This document shows, piece after piece, positions 8,470-19,185 of a stretch of DNA of 61,559 nucleotides. Each line of letters opens with the position of its first letter. Positions within the stretch are counted from its first letter, which is position 1. The position numbers and the translations under genes are program-made. The notes below the pieces were generated by a model. That model made no database searches. It saw nothing but the letters and a program-made list of their open reading frames with translations, and was not told where the DNA came from. The DNA comes from Candidatus Micrarchaeota archaeon (GTDB lineage Archaea > Micrarchaeota > Micrarchaeia > Norongarragalinales > Norongarragalinaceae), in NCBI GenBank assembly GCA_043822385.1, contig JBDRBT010000013.1, positions 1 through 61,559 of the forward strand. Reading direction: 5' to 3'.

Positions 8470-9222
8470 ATGACTTTTCGCACTTTGTTGAATCATGCGT
8501 TCAATGCATTCAAGCGCAATCTAAACTTGATTGTTTTCTTGAGCGTGCCTTTCTTAATTAGTTTCCCTCTAGCTTTCTTTTTACCTAATTACTCGTCTTT
8601 AAGCGGTATTTTCCTTCGTTTTTCAAGCGTTGGCTTGGATTTGTCTTTCTTGCAAGGCGCGTTCTTTATTGGAATGGTTTTAGTTTCGTTACTCTTGTTT
8701 AGTTTCGCTATTGCGGCTATCAACGTTGTAATAAAAAGCCAGCGAAGGCTTGTTGCTTTAACTACTGACGACTTGCATTTGGTTGAAGTCGGCACGTTCA
8801 AATTGTTCTTTATTTACTTGCTTGCTTTCGCTCTTGTTTTTATTGCTAACTTGTTGTTGTTTGAGCATACTTTCCAGGGAATTGCTTTCATTGGGAGCCG
8901 TTCTTTGGGAATGCTTTTTGCTTTCCTAGTTTCACTAGTGGTTTTGTTTGCTCCTCAAGCAGTAATTATTGATGAATTAAAGATTTCTCAAGCTTTAGAT
9001 AGGAGTTTAGTAACTATTCGCAGGCACTTTAAGGACTGCGTTTTGTTCATTGTTTTTGCTGCTTTCTTGTTGATTGTGAACACGCTTATTTTCATGGAGT
9101 TAGGCAAGAATGGACTAGTTTTTTCTCGTTACTTGTCTTTAATTCCCAACGCACTGATTATTCTGCCGTTTTTGGAAGCTTTGAAAACCCAAATTTATTT
9201 AAGCAAGTACACTTTGTTGTGA
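8470..9222 (+). CDS. polytopic membrane protein (hypothetical)
   Basis: 250 aa with about 6 hydrophobic helices. No family recognised. Confidence 0.45.
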   Translation: MTFRTLLNHAFNAFKRNLNLIVFLSVPFLISFPLAFFLPNYSSLSGIFLRFSSVGLDLSFLQGAFFIGMVLVSLLLFSFAIAAINVVIKSQRRLVALTTDDLHLVEVGTFKLFFIYLLAFALVFIANLLLFEHTFQGIAFIGSRSLGMLFAFLVSLVVLFAPQAVIIDELKISQALDRSLVTIRRHFKDCVLFIVFAAFLLIVNTLIFMELGKNGLVFSRYLSLIPNALIILPFLEALKTQIYLSKYTLL

Positions 9223-9285
9223 GTTTTTTTCTCGCAAAAGTTTATTAACAACTAACTAATCTATTCTTTCCGTAGTGAATTTAGT

Positions 9286-11334
9286 GTGAACATTCTAATA
9301 ATAGCTGAAAAACCGAAAGTAGCAGAAAAAATAGCTGCAGCCATTGGAAAGCCTTCAAAAAAAGCTATTAACAAGGTTTCTTATTACGAAATCGAGACAA
9401 AAAAAGACACGATTAGAGTAGCTTCTGCTGTAGGCCACTTGTTTTCCTTGAAAGCTAAAGAGAAAGGCGGCGGCTATCCTGTTTTCGGAGTAGAGTGGGC
9501 GCCTTCAAGTGAAGTAAGCAAGAAATCCCTTTTCTCGAAAAAATACTTGGATGTACTAAAAAAACTAGCTAAAGACTCGGACGTTCTCGTGAATGCTTGC
9601 GACTACGACGTTGAAGGATCGTTAATTGGAGGTAATGTTATTCGTTTTCTTGGTAAGGGAAAGAAAGCCAAGCGCATGTTATTCAATACTTTAACTGCAG
9701 ACGAACTCAAGAATGCTTTTTCTAACTTGCATGCTTTAGATGAAAGCACTATTAGTGCTGGGGAAACTCGTCACGTTTTAGATTGGTTGTGGGGAATAAA
9801 CGCTTCACGTGCTTTAATTAATTCAATAAAAAGCGCGGGCGCTTTCCGCATAATGAGTATTGGTCGCGTGCAAGGGCCGGCTTTGCATTTTCTTTCAGAG
9901 AGAGAAAAGAAAATACTAGCTTTCAAACCAACTCCTTATTGGGTTGTTTTCTTTAATTCTGAAGGCGTTGAATTCATTCACGAGAAAGAACGTTTTTTGA
10001 GCGAGAAGGAAGCTGGGTTTGTATTTAAAAAATGCGGGAAAACCGCGTTAGTGGATAAGATAGTTAAACAAAAATTCAAGCAATTACCACCTAATCCGTT
10101 TGACTTGACTTCCTTGCAGTTGGAGGCGTACAAGTTGTTTGGCTTCGCGCCTACGCGTACTTTGCAATTAGCGCAAGAATTATACGAGGAAGCATTGATT
10201 TCTTACCCGAGGACGTCTTCTCAACAGCTTTCTTCTAAACTCGATTTAAAAAAAATAATTAAGCAGTTAGGCAGCCAACCAATGTTTTCAGATAGTGTTG
10301 TTGAATTGTTGAAGAAAGGCAAGCTAGTGCCGAAGGAAGGAAGCAAGAGTGACCCGGCTCACCCTGCTATTCACCCGACTGGAGAAAAACCCGGTCGAAT
10401 TTCTCCAGAGTCATTAAAGCTTTATGAATTGATTGTTAGGAGATTCTTGTCTTGTTTTGGCGAGAGTGCTTTGCGTGAGAAACAAAAAATTGTTTTGAAT
10501 AATAACGACGAGAAATTCGTTGCTTCTGGCGCTTTTACTATTGAACGGAATTGGTTTGATTTGTACGAGCCTTTCTTGAGGTTGAATGAGGCGCTTTTAC
10601 CTCCATTCAAAGAAGGAGCGAAAGTCAAGGTTGAAGACTTGAGTAAAGTAGAAAAGGAAACGCAGCCGCCTCAGCGGTTTACTCCTGCTTCAGCAATAAA
10701 GAAGCTAGAAACACTGAATTTAGGTACTAAAGCTACTCGAGCTAGCATTATTCAAACTTTGTTTGATAGGGGTTATCTTTCAGGCAAGAGTATTCAAGTT
10801 ACTCCTTTGGGTTTAAAGGTTGCTGAGAGTTTGTTTAAACACGTGCCTCAATTAACGTCTGAAGAATTAACTCGCCATTTTGAGGATGAAGTGCAAGCTA
10901 TTCAAGATGAAAAGAGGTCTAGCGCAGTAGTTATTTCTGAGGGTGAAAAGGAATTAACGAAAATAATTAAAGAGTTTAAGGCTAATGAAAAGGAAATAGG
11001 CGAAGCTTTATTGTCTTCAGTTAGGGAAACAGTGAAGCAAGAAAGCGTGTTAGGAAAGTGCTTGAAGTGCGAGAAAGGCGAATTAGCAATTAGGCGTTCT
11101 AGGTTTGGTTTGTTTGTTGCTTGCAATGCTTACCCTGAATGCAAAACTACTTTTTCTTTGCCTAAAAACGCGTTAAGTAAGCCAACTGGCAAGACGTGCG
11201 AGCACTGTAAGATTCCTATTATTTTAGTTATTCGCGCTGGAAAACGTCCTTTTGAAATGTGTTTAACTTCCAACTGCAAGAGTAAAGAGTCTTGGGTTAG
11301 TTACAAGAAAGAAAGAAAAGCCCCGGCAGACTAA
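9286..11334 (+). CDS. topA: DNA topoisomerase, type IA
   Basis: 682 aa, GTG start. Toprim N-terminus 'MNILIIAEKPKVAEKIA' and 'CDYDVEGSLIG', and active-site region 'ISYPRTSSQQL'. C-terminal Zn-ribbons 'CLKCEKGELA...ACNAYPECK' and 'CEHCK...CLTSNCK'. Confidence 0.85.
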   Translation: MNILIIAEKPKVAEKIAAAIGKPSKKAINKVSYYEIETKKDTIRVASAVGHLFSLKAKEKGGGYPVFGVEWAPSSEVSKKSLFSKKYLDVLKKLAKDSDVLVNACDYDVEGSLIGGNVIRFLGKGKKAKRMLFNTLTADELKNAFSNLHALDESTISAGETRHVLDWLWGINASRALINSIKSAGAFRIMSIGRVQGPALHFLSEREKKILAFKPTPYWVVFFNSEGVEFIHEKERFLSEKEAGFVFKKCGKTALVDKIVKQKFKQLPPNPFDLTSLQLEAYKLFGFAPTRTLQLAQELYEEALISYPRTSSQQLSSKLDLKKIIKQLGSQPMFSDSVVELLKKGKLVPKEGSKSDPAHPAIHPTGEKPGRISPESLKLYELIVRRFLSCFGESALREKQKIVLNNNDEKFVASGAFTIERNWFDLYEPFLRLNEALLPPFKEGAKVKVEDLSKVEKETQPPQRFTPASAIKKLETLNLGTKATRASIIQTLFDRGYLSGKSIQVTPLGLKVAESLFKHVPQLTSEELTRHFEDEVQAIQDEKRSSAVVISEGEKELTKIIKEFKANEKEIGEALLSSVRETVKQESVLGKCLKCEKGELAIRRSRFGLFVACNAYPECKTTFSLPKNALSKPTGKTCEHCKIPIILVIRAGKRPFEMCLTSNCKSKESWVSYKKERKAPAD

Positions 11335-11342
11335 TTCTTATT

Positions 11343-12107
11343 GTGAAAATAAAGCTTTTCTTCAAGAAAACTCTTAACGAGAATGCTGCTTTGCTTTACG
11401 ACGAGTCTAAAAAATTCAAGCAGAAAGCAGATGGTGCTCGCAAAGCTATTCTTGAAACCGAGAAGAAACTCGTTAAAGCAATTAAGCGAAGTAAGATTGA
11501 AGATAAAAAGAAAATTGTTGTTAAAGAAAGCGTTGAACGCGAGTGGTTTGAGCGTTTTCGTTTTTTCCGAACTACTAACGGCTTGTTGGTTGTTGCTGGC
11601 AAGGATGCTAAACAAAATGATTCTTTATACAAAAACTATTTCACTAACGCGGACTTGTTTTTTCACGCTAATATTCAAGGTTCGCCCGCAGTTATTTTAT
11701 TGAAGGCTGTTGAAGCAAAGGAAGAAGACTTGCTTGAAACCGCACAGTGGACTGCTTCTTACTCTAGTGCTTGGAATCGCGGCTTGCTTTCGGTGGATGT
11801 GTATTGCGCTGAAAAAAAACAAGTAGACAAGCGTGTTAGCGGCGAGTATTTAGCTCAAGGCGCATTCATGATTAGGGGGCAAAGAAAGTGGTTCAAAAAC
11901 ACTGAATTAGGCTTAAAGATTGGCTTGCGTGATGGAGTGGTTGTTGTGCAACCGTCTTTAAACGAAACTAAGTTGGAACTTGTTTTCAAGCTAGTTCCAG
12001 GCAACAAGGAAAAAAAATCAGTAACTAAACGAATAGTTGCGGTTTTAGACTGCAGAGAGGAAGCGGTTTCCCAATTAATTCCTGGAAACTCGACTGTAAT
12101 TGACTGA
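11343..12107 (+). CDS. NFACT-R (DUF814) domain protein, short form
   Basis: 254 aa, GTG start. Coiled-coil N-terminus followed by 'LLVVAGKDAKQNDSLYKNYFTNADLFFHANIQGSPAVILL', typical of the NFACT/RqcH RNA-binding module. The NFACT-N domain is absent. Confidence 0.6.
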   Translation: MKIKLFFKKTLNENAALLYDESKKFKQKADGARKAILETEKKLVKAIKRSKIEDKKKIVVKESVEREWFERFRFFRTTNGLLVVAGKDAKQNDSLYKNYFTNADLFFHANIQGSPAVILLKAVEAKEEDLLETAQWTASYSSAWNRGLLSVDVYCAEKKQVDKRVSGEYLAQGAFMIRGQRKWFKNTELGLKIGLRDGVVVVQPSLNETKLELVFKLVPGNKEKKSVTKRIVAVLDCREEAVSQLIPGNSTVID

Positions 12108-12219
12108 AAACCAATGTTTTATTAATGACTTTTTGAATTGTTTTTATCGTTACCTTTTTCTGTTTGAATTGCTTGCACTTATTAGCGCAAAGCACGCGTT
12201 TTTATTGAAGGGTGTATGA

Positions 12220-14337
<2,118 letters not shown>

Positions 14338-14339
14338 AA

Positions 14340-14780
14340 ATGAATTTGTTTTTAACTGGTAAAGCAATGCTTGCGTTAACTGCAGTAGCCTTGCTTTTGT
14401 ACGGCTTCAGTCCAGTGTTAAACGGTTTTTTGGGTGTTGAATACAGTTTGTTTTCAGAACCCTGGATGCTTTTAGCTCTAGCTTTAGGCGCGTCTATAAC
14501 TGCTGGTTTCTTGCTTCCGTACTTGATTGGAGTACGCAAGGGAGACTCGCTTTTAGCTTCAGTAACGCGAGAAGTGCTTCAAGGAGATAAAGTAGTTGTT
14601 GGAACAGACTTGATTCCGGTAACTGCGTTAAATAGCGGGAGGCTTGGTTCTAAAATAAAAATCGCTTTCCAAAACGGTTTGGTTGGGGAGGGAATAATTA
14701 CTTCTTACGCCAGTACGATTAGTCCCCCGACGTTGAAGTTAACTGAAACTGAAGGCTCGTTCAAAAAGGTTGGTTCATGA
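14340..14780 (+). CDS. membrane protein with soluble C-terminal beta-rich domain (hypothetical)
   Basis: 146 aa with 2-3 N-terminal TM helices. It starts 2 nt after the cdc48 stop, and its stop overlaps the next gene's start (ATGA). Confidence 0.45.
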   Translation: MNLFLTGKAMLALTAVALLLYGFSPVLNGFLGVEYSLFSEPWMLLALALGASITAGFLLPYLIGVRKGDSLLASVTREVLQGDKVVVGTDLIPVTALNSGRLGSKIKIAFQNGLVGEGIITSYASTISPPTLKLTETEGSFKKVGS

Positions 14781-15352
14781 TTTCATTGAAAGAAGCAGTG
14801 CACATTCTGGTTTCAGTTATAACTATTACTCTAGCTTTTACTTTGTTTCCAGTTGGTTCTTTTTCAATAAATAGTTTTTGGTTTGTTTTAGTTACTGTTG
14901 GTTTGGCTTTTGTTTTACACGAGTTAGCTCACAAGTTTGTTGCAATGCATTACGGTGCTAGTGCTCGTTACGAAGCGTTTACTTTAGGTTTGGTTTTCGC
15001 TTTGTTTCTAGCTTTTGCTTCAAGCCTTTTTTTGGGTTACCCCATTATTTTTGCTGCTCCAGGCGCAGTAATGATTTACGGTAAAACTCTTTCCCGCGAG
15101 CAAACTGGCAAGATAGCTTTAGCTGGTCCCGCAACTAACTTGTTGCTTGGATTCGTGTTTTTGTTGTTATTTTTCGCTGGTTTTAACAAAGAGTTAGTTG
15201 TTTACGGCGTGTTAGTTAACGTTTTTATTGGCGCGTTTAATTTGCTTCCGTTTCATCCTTTTGACGGCAAGAAAATTAAGGACTGGAACCAAAAAATCTG
15301 GTTGTCATTCTTCTTGTTTTTCTTAGCTGCCTTGTTCCTAGCACCAGTTTGA
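14777..15352 (+). CDS. site-2 protease family (M50) intramembrane metalloprotease
   Basis: 191 aa, polytopic. 'HELAHKFVAMHYG' (HExxH) and 'NLLPFHPFDGKK' (NxxPxxxxDG). Confidence 0.75.
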   Translation: MISLKEAVHILVSVITITLAFTLFPVGSFSINSFWFVLVTVGLAFVLHELAHKFVAMHYGASARYEAFTLGLVFALFLAFASSLFLGYPIIFAAPGAVMIYGKTLSREQTGKIALAGPATNLLLGFVFLLLFFAGFNKELVVYGVLVNVFIGAFNLLPFHPFDGKKIKDWNQKIWLSFFLFFLAALFLAPV

Positions 15353-15435
15353 ACTATTTTTAGTCATTTCCACAGTTTTTTTCTGCAAAAACTTTTTCTT
15401 TACTTTCACTCACTAGATTTTTAAGGTGGTGTTTA

Positions 15436-15615
15436 GTGAATTGGTTAAAAGACGAGTCTGGGCAAGTTTCAGCTGAATTACTTATTTTAGTTGCAGCAAT
15501 TATTGCGGTAGCAATGGTTTTAGTAACCCAACTACAGAATACTGCAGTCAAGGGAAAAGAAGCAGTTAGCGAGGCTAGTGAGAAAATTTTTCAAGAAATA
15601 AGTGAAATAAATTGA
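15436..15615 (+). CDS. small archaeal class III signal peptide (type IV pilin-like) protein
   Basis: Hand-translated, 59 codons, GTG start: 'VNWLKDESGQVSAELLILVAAIIAVAMVLVTQLQNTAVKGKEAVSEASEKIFQEISEIN*'. The G|Q..E + hydrophobic helix motif is the prepilin-type signal. It replaces the antisense track ORF at 15360..15551. Confidence 0.55.
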   Translation: MNWLKDESGQVSAELLILVAAIIAVAMVLVTQLQNTAVKGKEAVSEASEKIFQEISEIN

Positions 15616-15938
15616 GGGCTCAAATTGCTTTAGAATACTTGCTTGTTGCTGCAGGATTAATGGTTTTCTTGAGCGCGTTGCTTCCCGTAACTAATTCAGT
15701 GTTAAACAAGTCTGTTGAAGCGGTCAAGAACGCTAGAGAACGCTCTCTTGAAGCTTCCTTCACTTCTTTTTTGGATTATTGTTCTTTAACTGGCAGCGGT
15801 TCGTTTATTCAAGATGATTTTTCTTTTACTCGAGGTTTTGTTTTACCTGCTAGAGCAGAGTATTCAGGCGAGTTTGTTGGTTTGAAAAAAGTTTTCTGCA
15901 GGAATGAAAAAGGGCGTCTTTTAGTTGAAGCCCACTAA
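15612..15938 (+). CDS. pilin-like protein (class III signal peptide)
   Basis: 108 aa. 'MRAQIALEYLLVAAGLMVFLSALL'. The TTG start overlaps the upstream stop (TTGA). Confidence 0.5.
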   Translation: MRAQIALEYLLVAAGLMVFLSALLPVTNSVLNKSVEAVKNARERSLEASFTSFLDYCSLTGSGSFIQDDFSFTRGFVLPARAEYSGEFVGLKKVFCRNEKGRLLVEAH

Positions 15939-16289
15939 GAAATAAACAAAGAAAAAACCTTTATTGAAAAAAACTTTTTTAGACGAAAACAATTTTCTTG
16001 GCGAACCACAGTTTTCTTGAATTTCTTTTTCATTATGCTTTATTTTGAAGCAGAAGCCTGTTTCTTTAGTTAAGTAAGAAAGCGTTTCTTTGAGTTCAAC
16101 TTCATTCCATTCTAGTAAAGCAGTGTGCGTGACTGGGTTTTTGAAGCTAGTTTCCGCAAAATCTCTTGCTAGTGCTTTACCGTACGCGTTTTCAAAGCCT
16201 GGTTCGAACGAAGTTGCAGTTAAGACGATTACTGAAAGAAGCAGTAATGAAGGCAGAGTTTCCAGTAACAACCATTGTGCTTTCAACAA
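15921..16289 (-). CDS. pilin-like protein (putative)
   Basis: 122 aa. 'MLKAQWLLLETLPSLLLLSVIVL' gives a short charged N-terminus, A|Q, an acidic residue, then a hydrophobic helix. Confidence 0.4.
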   Translation of the reverse strand: MLKAQWLLLETLPSLLLLSVIVLTATSFEPGFENAYGKALARDFAETSFKNPVTHTALLEWNEVELKETLSYLTKETGFCFKIKHNEKEIQENCGSPRKLFSSKKVFFNKGFFFVYFLVGFN

Positions 16290-16573
16290 ACCACCTTTGT
16301 TTTTCTATTCACAAAAATTATTCTCTTCAAGCAGTTTTTTTGAGGTGAGTAAGCTTCGTTAAGCCAAATAAAGCCGTCTAGCTTGTTTTTTACTGCTTTA
16401 TTGCTTTCAACTAGTTTTAGTGCGAGAGTGTTTTCGCGTTCAATGCTTTTTTTTAGTGCAGAATACTCGTTTAACACGTGCATTGAACTGTATGCAAACA
16501 AGCTTACTAGCAAAACGCCAGTAATCAAGGCTTCTATAGTTAAGTTACCGTGCGAATGCTTCAATGGTTTCAC
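16283..16573 (-). CDS. pilin-like protein (putative)
   Basis: 96 aa. 'MKPLKHSHGNLTIEALITGVLLVSLFAY'. Confidence 0.4.
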   Translation of the reverse strand: MKPLKHSHGNLTIEALITGVLLVSLFAYSSMHVLNEYSALKKSIERENTLALKLVESNKAVKNKLDGFIWLNEAYSPQKNCLKRIIFVNRKTKVVC

Positions 16574-16766
16574 TCACGCTTGAATTAAAGCAATTGCTTT
16601 TTGTTTCTAGTATTGCGTTAAAGCCGTTAGTGTGAAAGAACTCGTTTTCAATGCAAGTTATTTCCACGCTAGTTATTTCTGTAATGAATTGTTTTTGGTA
16701 AACTAGCACGCCTGCAACCAAGCTTGCTAGCACGCTTATTGCGATTAATGCTTCCAAACTATTCAA
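16545..16766 (-). CDS. pilin-like protein (putative)
   Basis: 73 aa. 'MNSLEALIAISVLASLVAGVLVY'. Confidence 0.4.
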   Translation of the reverse strand: MNSLEALIAISVLASLVAGVLVYQKQFITEITSVEITCIENEFFHTNGFNAILETKSNCFNSSVSETIEAFAR

Positions 16767-17329
16767 TTGAATCCTTCCCCCAAAAAAATTACTGCCGAAA
16801 CATTGTTTGCGTAATAACTAGCTCCCAACCCGATTCTTCCAATCAAGCTTGAAGGCGCGTTTGCTTCACCGTTTTTTGAAACTATTACTTTGCTTCCGTC
16901 AGTCCAGAGTATTGAAACGCTTTTCAAAACTATTTTTCCCTCGTAATCCATCGTCGTTTCTTTAAAACTAAAGCAATTCTTGCATTTCAAGGGAGTTTTT
17001 TCTCTCGCTATTTTTTTTAATAATTCTTGTTCTTCAGTTAAGCTAAGCGAGCCGAACCAAACAACCGCGTTTTCTTTTAGTAATACTTTTTCTAGTTCCT
17101 TCAAGCGTTGTGCAGCATTAACTATTTTTTCTTTTCCTTCTCCTTCTGCTTGCAAAGCAAGGGCGTATGCTTGAATTAAGTTGGCTTCGAATTCTTGTTT
17201 TTCTTCTAAGGCAAGAATGTTTTTAGTTTGCCGCCTGTTTTCTTCCAGAGCTTTTTGATTGATCGAATGAACGATGAATACTGCGGTTAATGCCAATAAC
17301 GCAATCGTTATAGAGTAAAAACCCTTCAT
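16763..17329 (-). CDS. pilin-like protein (putative), first gene of the minus-strand pilin operon
   Basis: 188 aa. 'MKGFYSITIALLALTAVFIVHS', then a coiled-coil and a beta-rich C-terminal part. Its stop overlaps the next gene's start. Confidence 0.45.
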   Translation of the reverse strand: MKGFYSITIALLALTAVFIVHSINQKALEENRRQTKNILALEEKQEFEANLIQAYALALQAEGEGKEKIVNAAQRLKELEKVLLKENAVVWFGSLSLTEEQELLKKIAREKTPLKCKNCFSFKETTMDYEGKIVLKSVSILWTDGSKVIVSKNGEANAPSSLIGRIGLGASYYANNVSAVIFLGEGFN

Positions 17330-17365
17330 AAATTAGTTTAAATAAAAAGAGGCGTAATTAAGTTT

Positions 17366-18076
17366 ATGCGGTTAGCTGGATTTTTGTTGTTTGCGTTGAT
17401 TATTAGTCAAGTTTGTGCGTTTACTGATTACTCGTTTTCTTTAAAAACTATTTTTGATGCTGACGGTGGATCTCACGTAGTGCAAAAAACAGTGTTGTTT
17501 TTAGACAGCGACAGCGACAGGAGTACTTTTGATTTTTATTTCAATAGAGCTCAATTCACTTTATTAGAGTGGCAAAAGTTTTCCAAGACCCTTAAGTTTT
17601 ACTACAACGGTACTACCTCTAATTTAACTATTATTGCTGCTCGAGAACCAAATCTTGGTTATAATGCGGTGAGTGTTTCTTTAGAGTACGATGTTTTAGG
17701 TTTGCTTTCCAGGGAACAAGAAGGACCAAGGAGTACGTTGTATCACTTTGATTCTTTACGTAGTGTTTTAACTAACGAGAACGGCGACTTGTCTTTAGGT
17801 AGTGGCGTTGAATTCACGCTTGTTTTACCGGATGGTTCTAGGTTAGTGAAAGCGATTCCCGAGCCAACCGTTAAGGAAGGTAGTTTGTTGCGTTGGAAGG
17901 GACCGTTAAAAGGAACTTTTGCTTTGTCTTTCGAGTACGAAAAGCCTTTGAGCCAGGAAATAAACGAGTTTTTTCAAGAACTACAAAGGGATGTAGGCAA
18001 CTTTTACGTTTTAGCGCTTCTTCTTGCTTTTGTTGCTTTTATTGGCTTCAAGTTCATTAATAGTAGACGCGATTAA
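17366..18076 (+). CDS. secreted protein with C-terminal TM anchor (hypothetical)
   Basis: 236 aa. Signal peptide 'MRLAGFLLFALIISQVCAF', a beta-rich body, and a C-terminal 'FYVLALLLAFVAFIGFKFINSRRD' anchor. Confidence 0.5.
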   Translation: MRLAGFLLFALIISQVCAFTDYSFSLKTIFDADGGSHVVQKTVLFLDSDSDRSTFDFYFNRAQFTLLEWQKFSKTLKFYYNGTTSNLTIIAAREPNLGYNAVSVSLEYDVLGLLSREQEGPRSTLYHFDSLRSVLTNENGDLSLGSGVEFTLVLPDGSRLVKAIPEPTVKEGSLLRWKGPLKGTFALSFEYEKPLSQEINEFFQELQRDVGNFYVLALLLAFVAFIGFKFINSRRD

Positions 18077-19138
18077 TGCGTTTTCATCTTCGCTCAAGTT
18101 GTAAAACCTTGAAGATTCTTCACTAACTCCCGTTAGTTTGATTGTTTCAATGCCTTTCTTGCTTGAAGCATGAGTTCTTGAACCAATTTTCAAGCCAGCG
18201 CTTTTTATTGCGCCGCGGTTTTTCTTTGTTTGACTTAATTTTCTGATTATTGACGGGAATTGGTAGCGCGTGAATTTCGCGTACTTGTTTTTTTTGGATA
18301 CTGCCACACCCCCCAAGCCAACTGGCTTCAAGTAACGCATTAGCGTGTAGTACTGGCGGTTGTTTATTCTCCCTTTGTAAACAAATGCTTTCGACAGCCA
18401 TTGAAACGCGTCAGCTATTTCTTGCGGGTCTTCGTATTCAGCTGGAATGTTTTCTTCAACCCAGCGGAAAAACAAGTCTAAGTCAGTTGAATTACTCACT
18501 TGGTTAGCTTCGTTAAAACCGTGCTTGAATACTTTAAGGAGTTCTTTGAATACGTCTTCGTTTCTTTCGCGAGAACCAGCTGTGGAATAAGTTAAGTCTA
18601 TTATTGCGCTCCTTAAGTCTCCCTCGCTTGAATCAACTATTCCAGGAATTAATTCCTCGTTCAAGTTGTTTTCTTTAGCGTAATTAGTTAAGAATGAAGT
18701 TATTGTTCTGGAATTGATTTTTTTTAACTCTATTTTCCTGCAGTACGTGCGCAAATCGCTTATTTTAGGGTCCCACGCATCTGCAGCGCTTATTACTAAG
18801 GGGTGTTCTGGTTCTAATTCTTTTATTCTGCTTACGTCGCGTTTAGTTAAAGTAGCGTCCGCGTCTTCAATAATGAAGAGTGTTTCAAATCCGGTTAATC
18901 CTTTTCCAGGCGTGATTAACGGCAACGTTTTTTTAGTGTTCCTTAAGTCTTGAGTCGTTAAAACCAGCGTGTTCCAAGCTAATTCTTGCGCTAGCGCGTT
19001 TACTATAGTTGTCTTGCCTGTGCCTATTGGTCCGGTTAAGAGTATTGGCTTGCTTTTTTTGTTTCTTTCCCAATCTAGCGCCCACTGGAGTAATTCGCTT
19101 TTAGCGTCTTCGTTGCCAACAACTTCCTTGAGTTTCAT
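18011..19138 (-). CDS. rfcL: replication factor C large subunit-like AAA+ ATPase (short form)
   Basis: 375 aa. 'VVGNEDAKSELLQWALDWERNKKSKPILLTGPIGTGKTT', Walker B 'LFIIEDAD' and a Lys-rich C-terminal tail. It lacks the usual N-terminal WxEKYRP motif. Confidence 0.6.
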   Translation of the reverse strand: MKLKEVVGNEDAKSELLQWALDWERNKKSKPILLTGPIGTGKTTIVNALAQELAWNTLVLTTQDLRNTKKTLPLITPGKGLTGFETLFIIEDADATLTKRDVSRIKELEPEHPLVISAADAWDPKISDLRTYCRKIELKKINSRTITSFLTNYAKENNLNEELIPGIVDSSEGDLRSAIIDLTYSTAGSRERNEDVFKELLKVFKHGFNEANQVSNSTDLDLFFRWVEENIPAEYEDPQEIADAFQWLSKAFVYKGRINNRQYYTLMRYLKPVGLGGVAVSKKNKYAKFTRYQFPSIIRKLSQTKKNRGAIKSAGLKIGSRTHASSKKGIETIKLTGVSEESSRFYNLSEDENALIASTINELEANKSNKSKKKR

Positions 19139-19185
19139 TCCAGTATTACTCTTGTTTAACTTGGTTTTTATTTAATTACTGTTTT

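Noticed and set aside
11331-11703. Three overlapping track ORFs (11331..11615 -, 11383..11703 +, 11396..11632 -) at the start of the NFACT gene.
   Set aside because: The frame at 11343..12107 carries the recognisable DUF814 core. The others are Lys/Ser/Leu-rich alternative frames of the same AT-rich coiled-coil coding region.
15360-15551. 63-aa minus-strand track ORF.
   Set aside because: The opposite strand encodes a much more convincing class III signal-peptide protein (15436..15615) that is translationally coupled to the next pilin-like gene.
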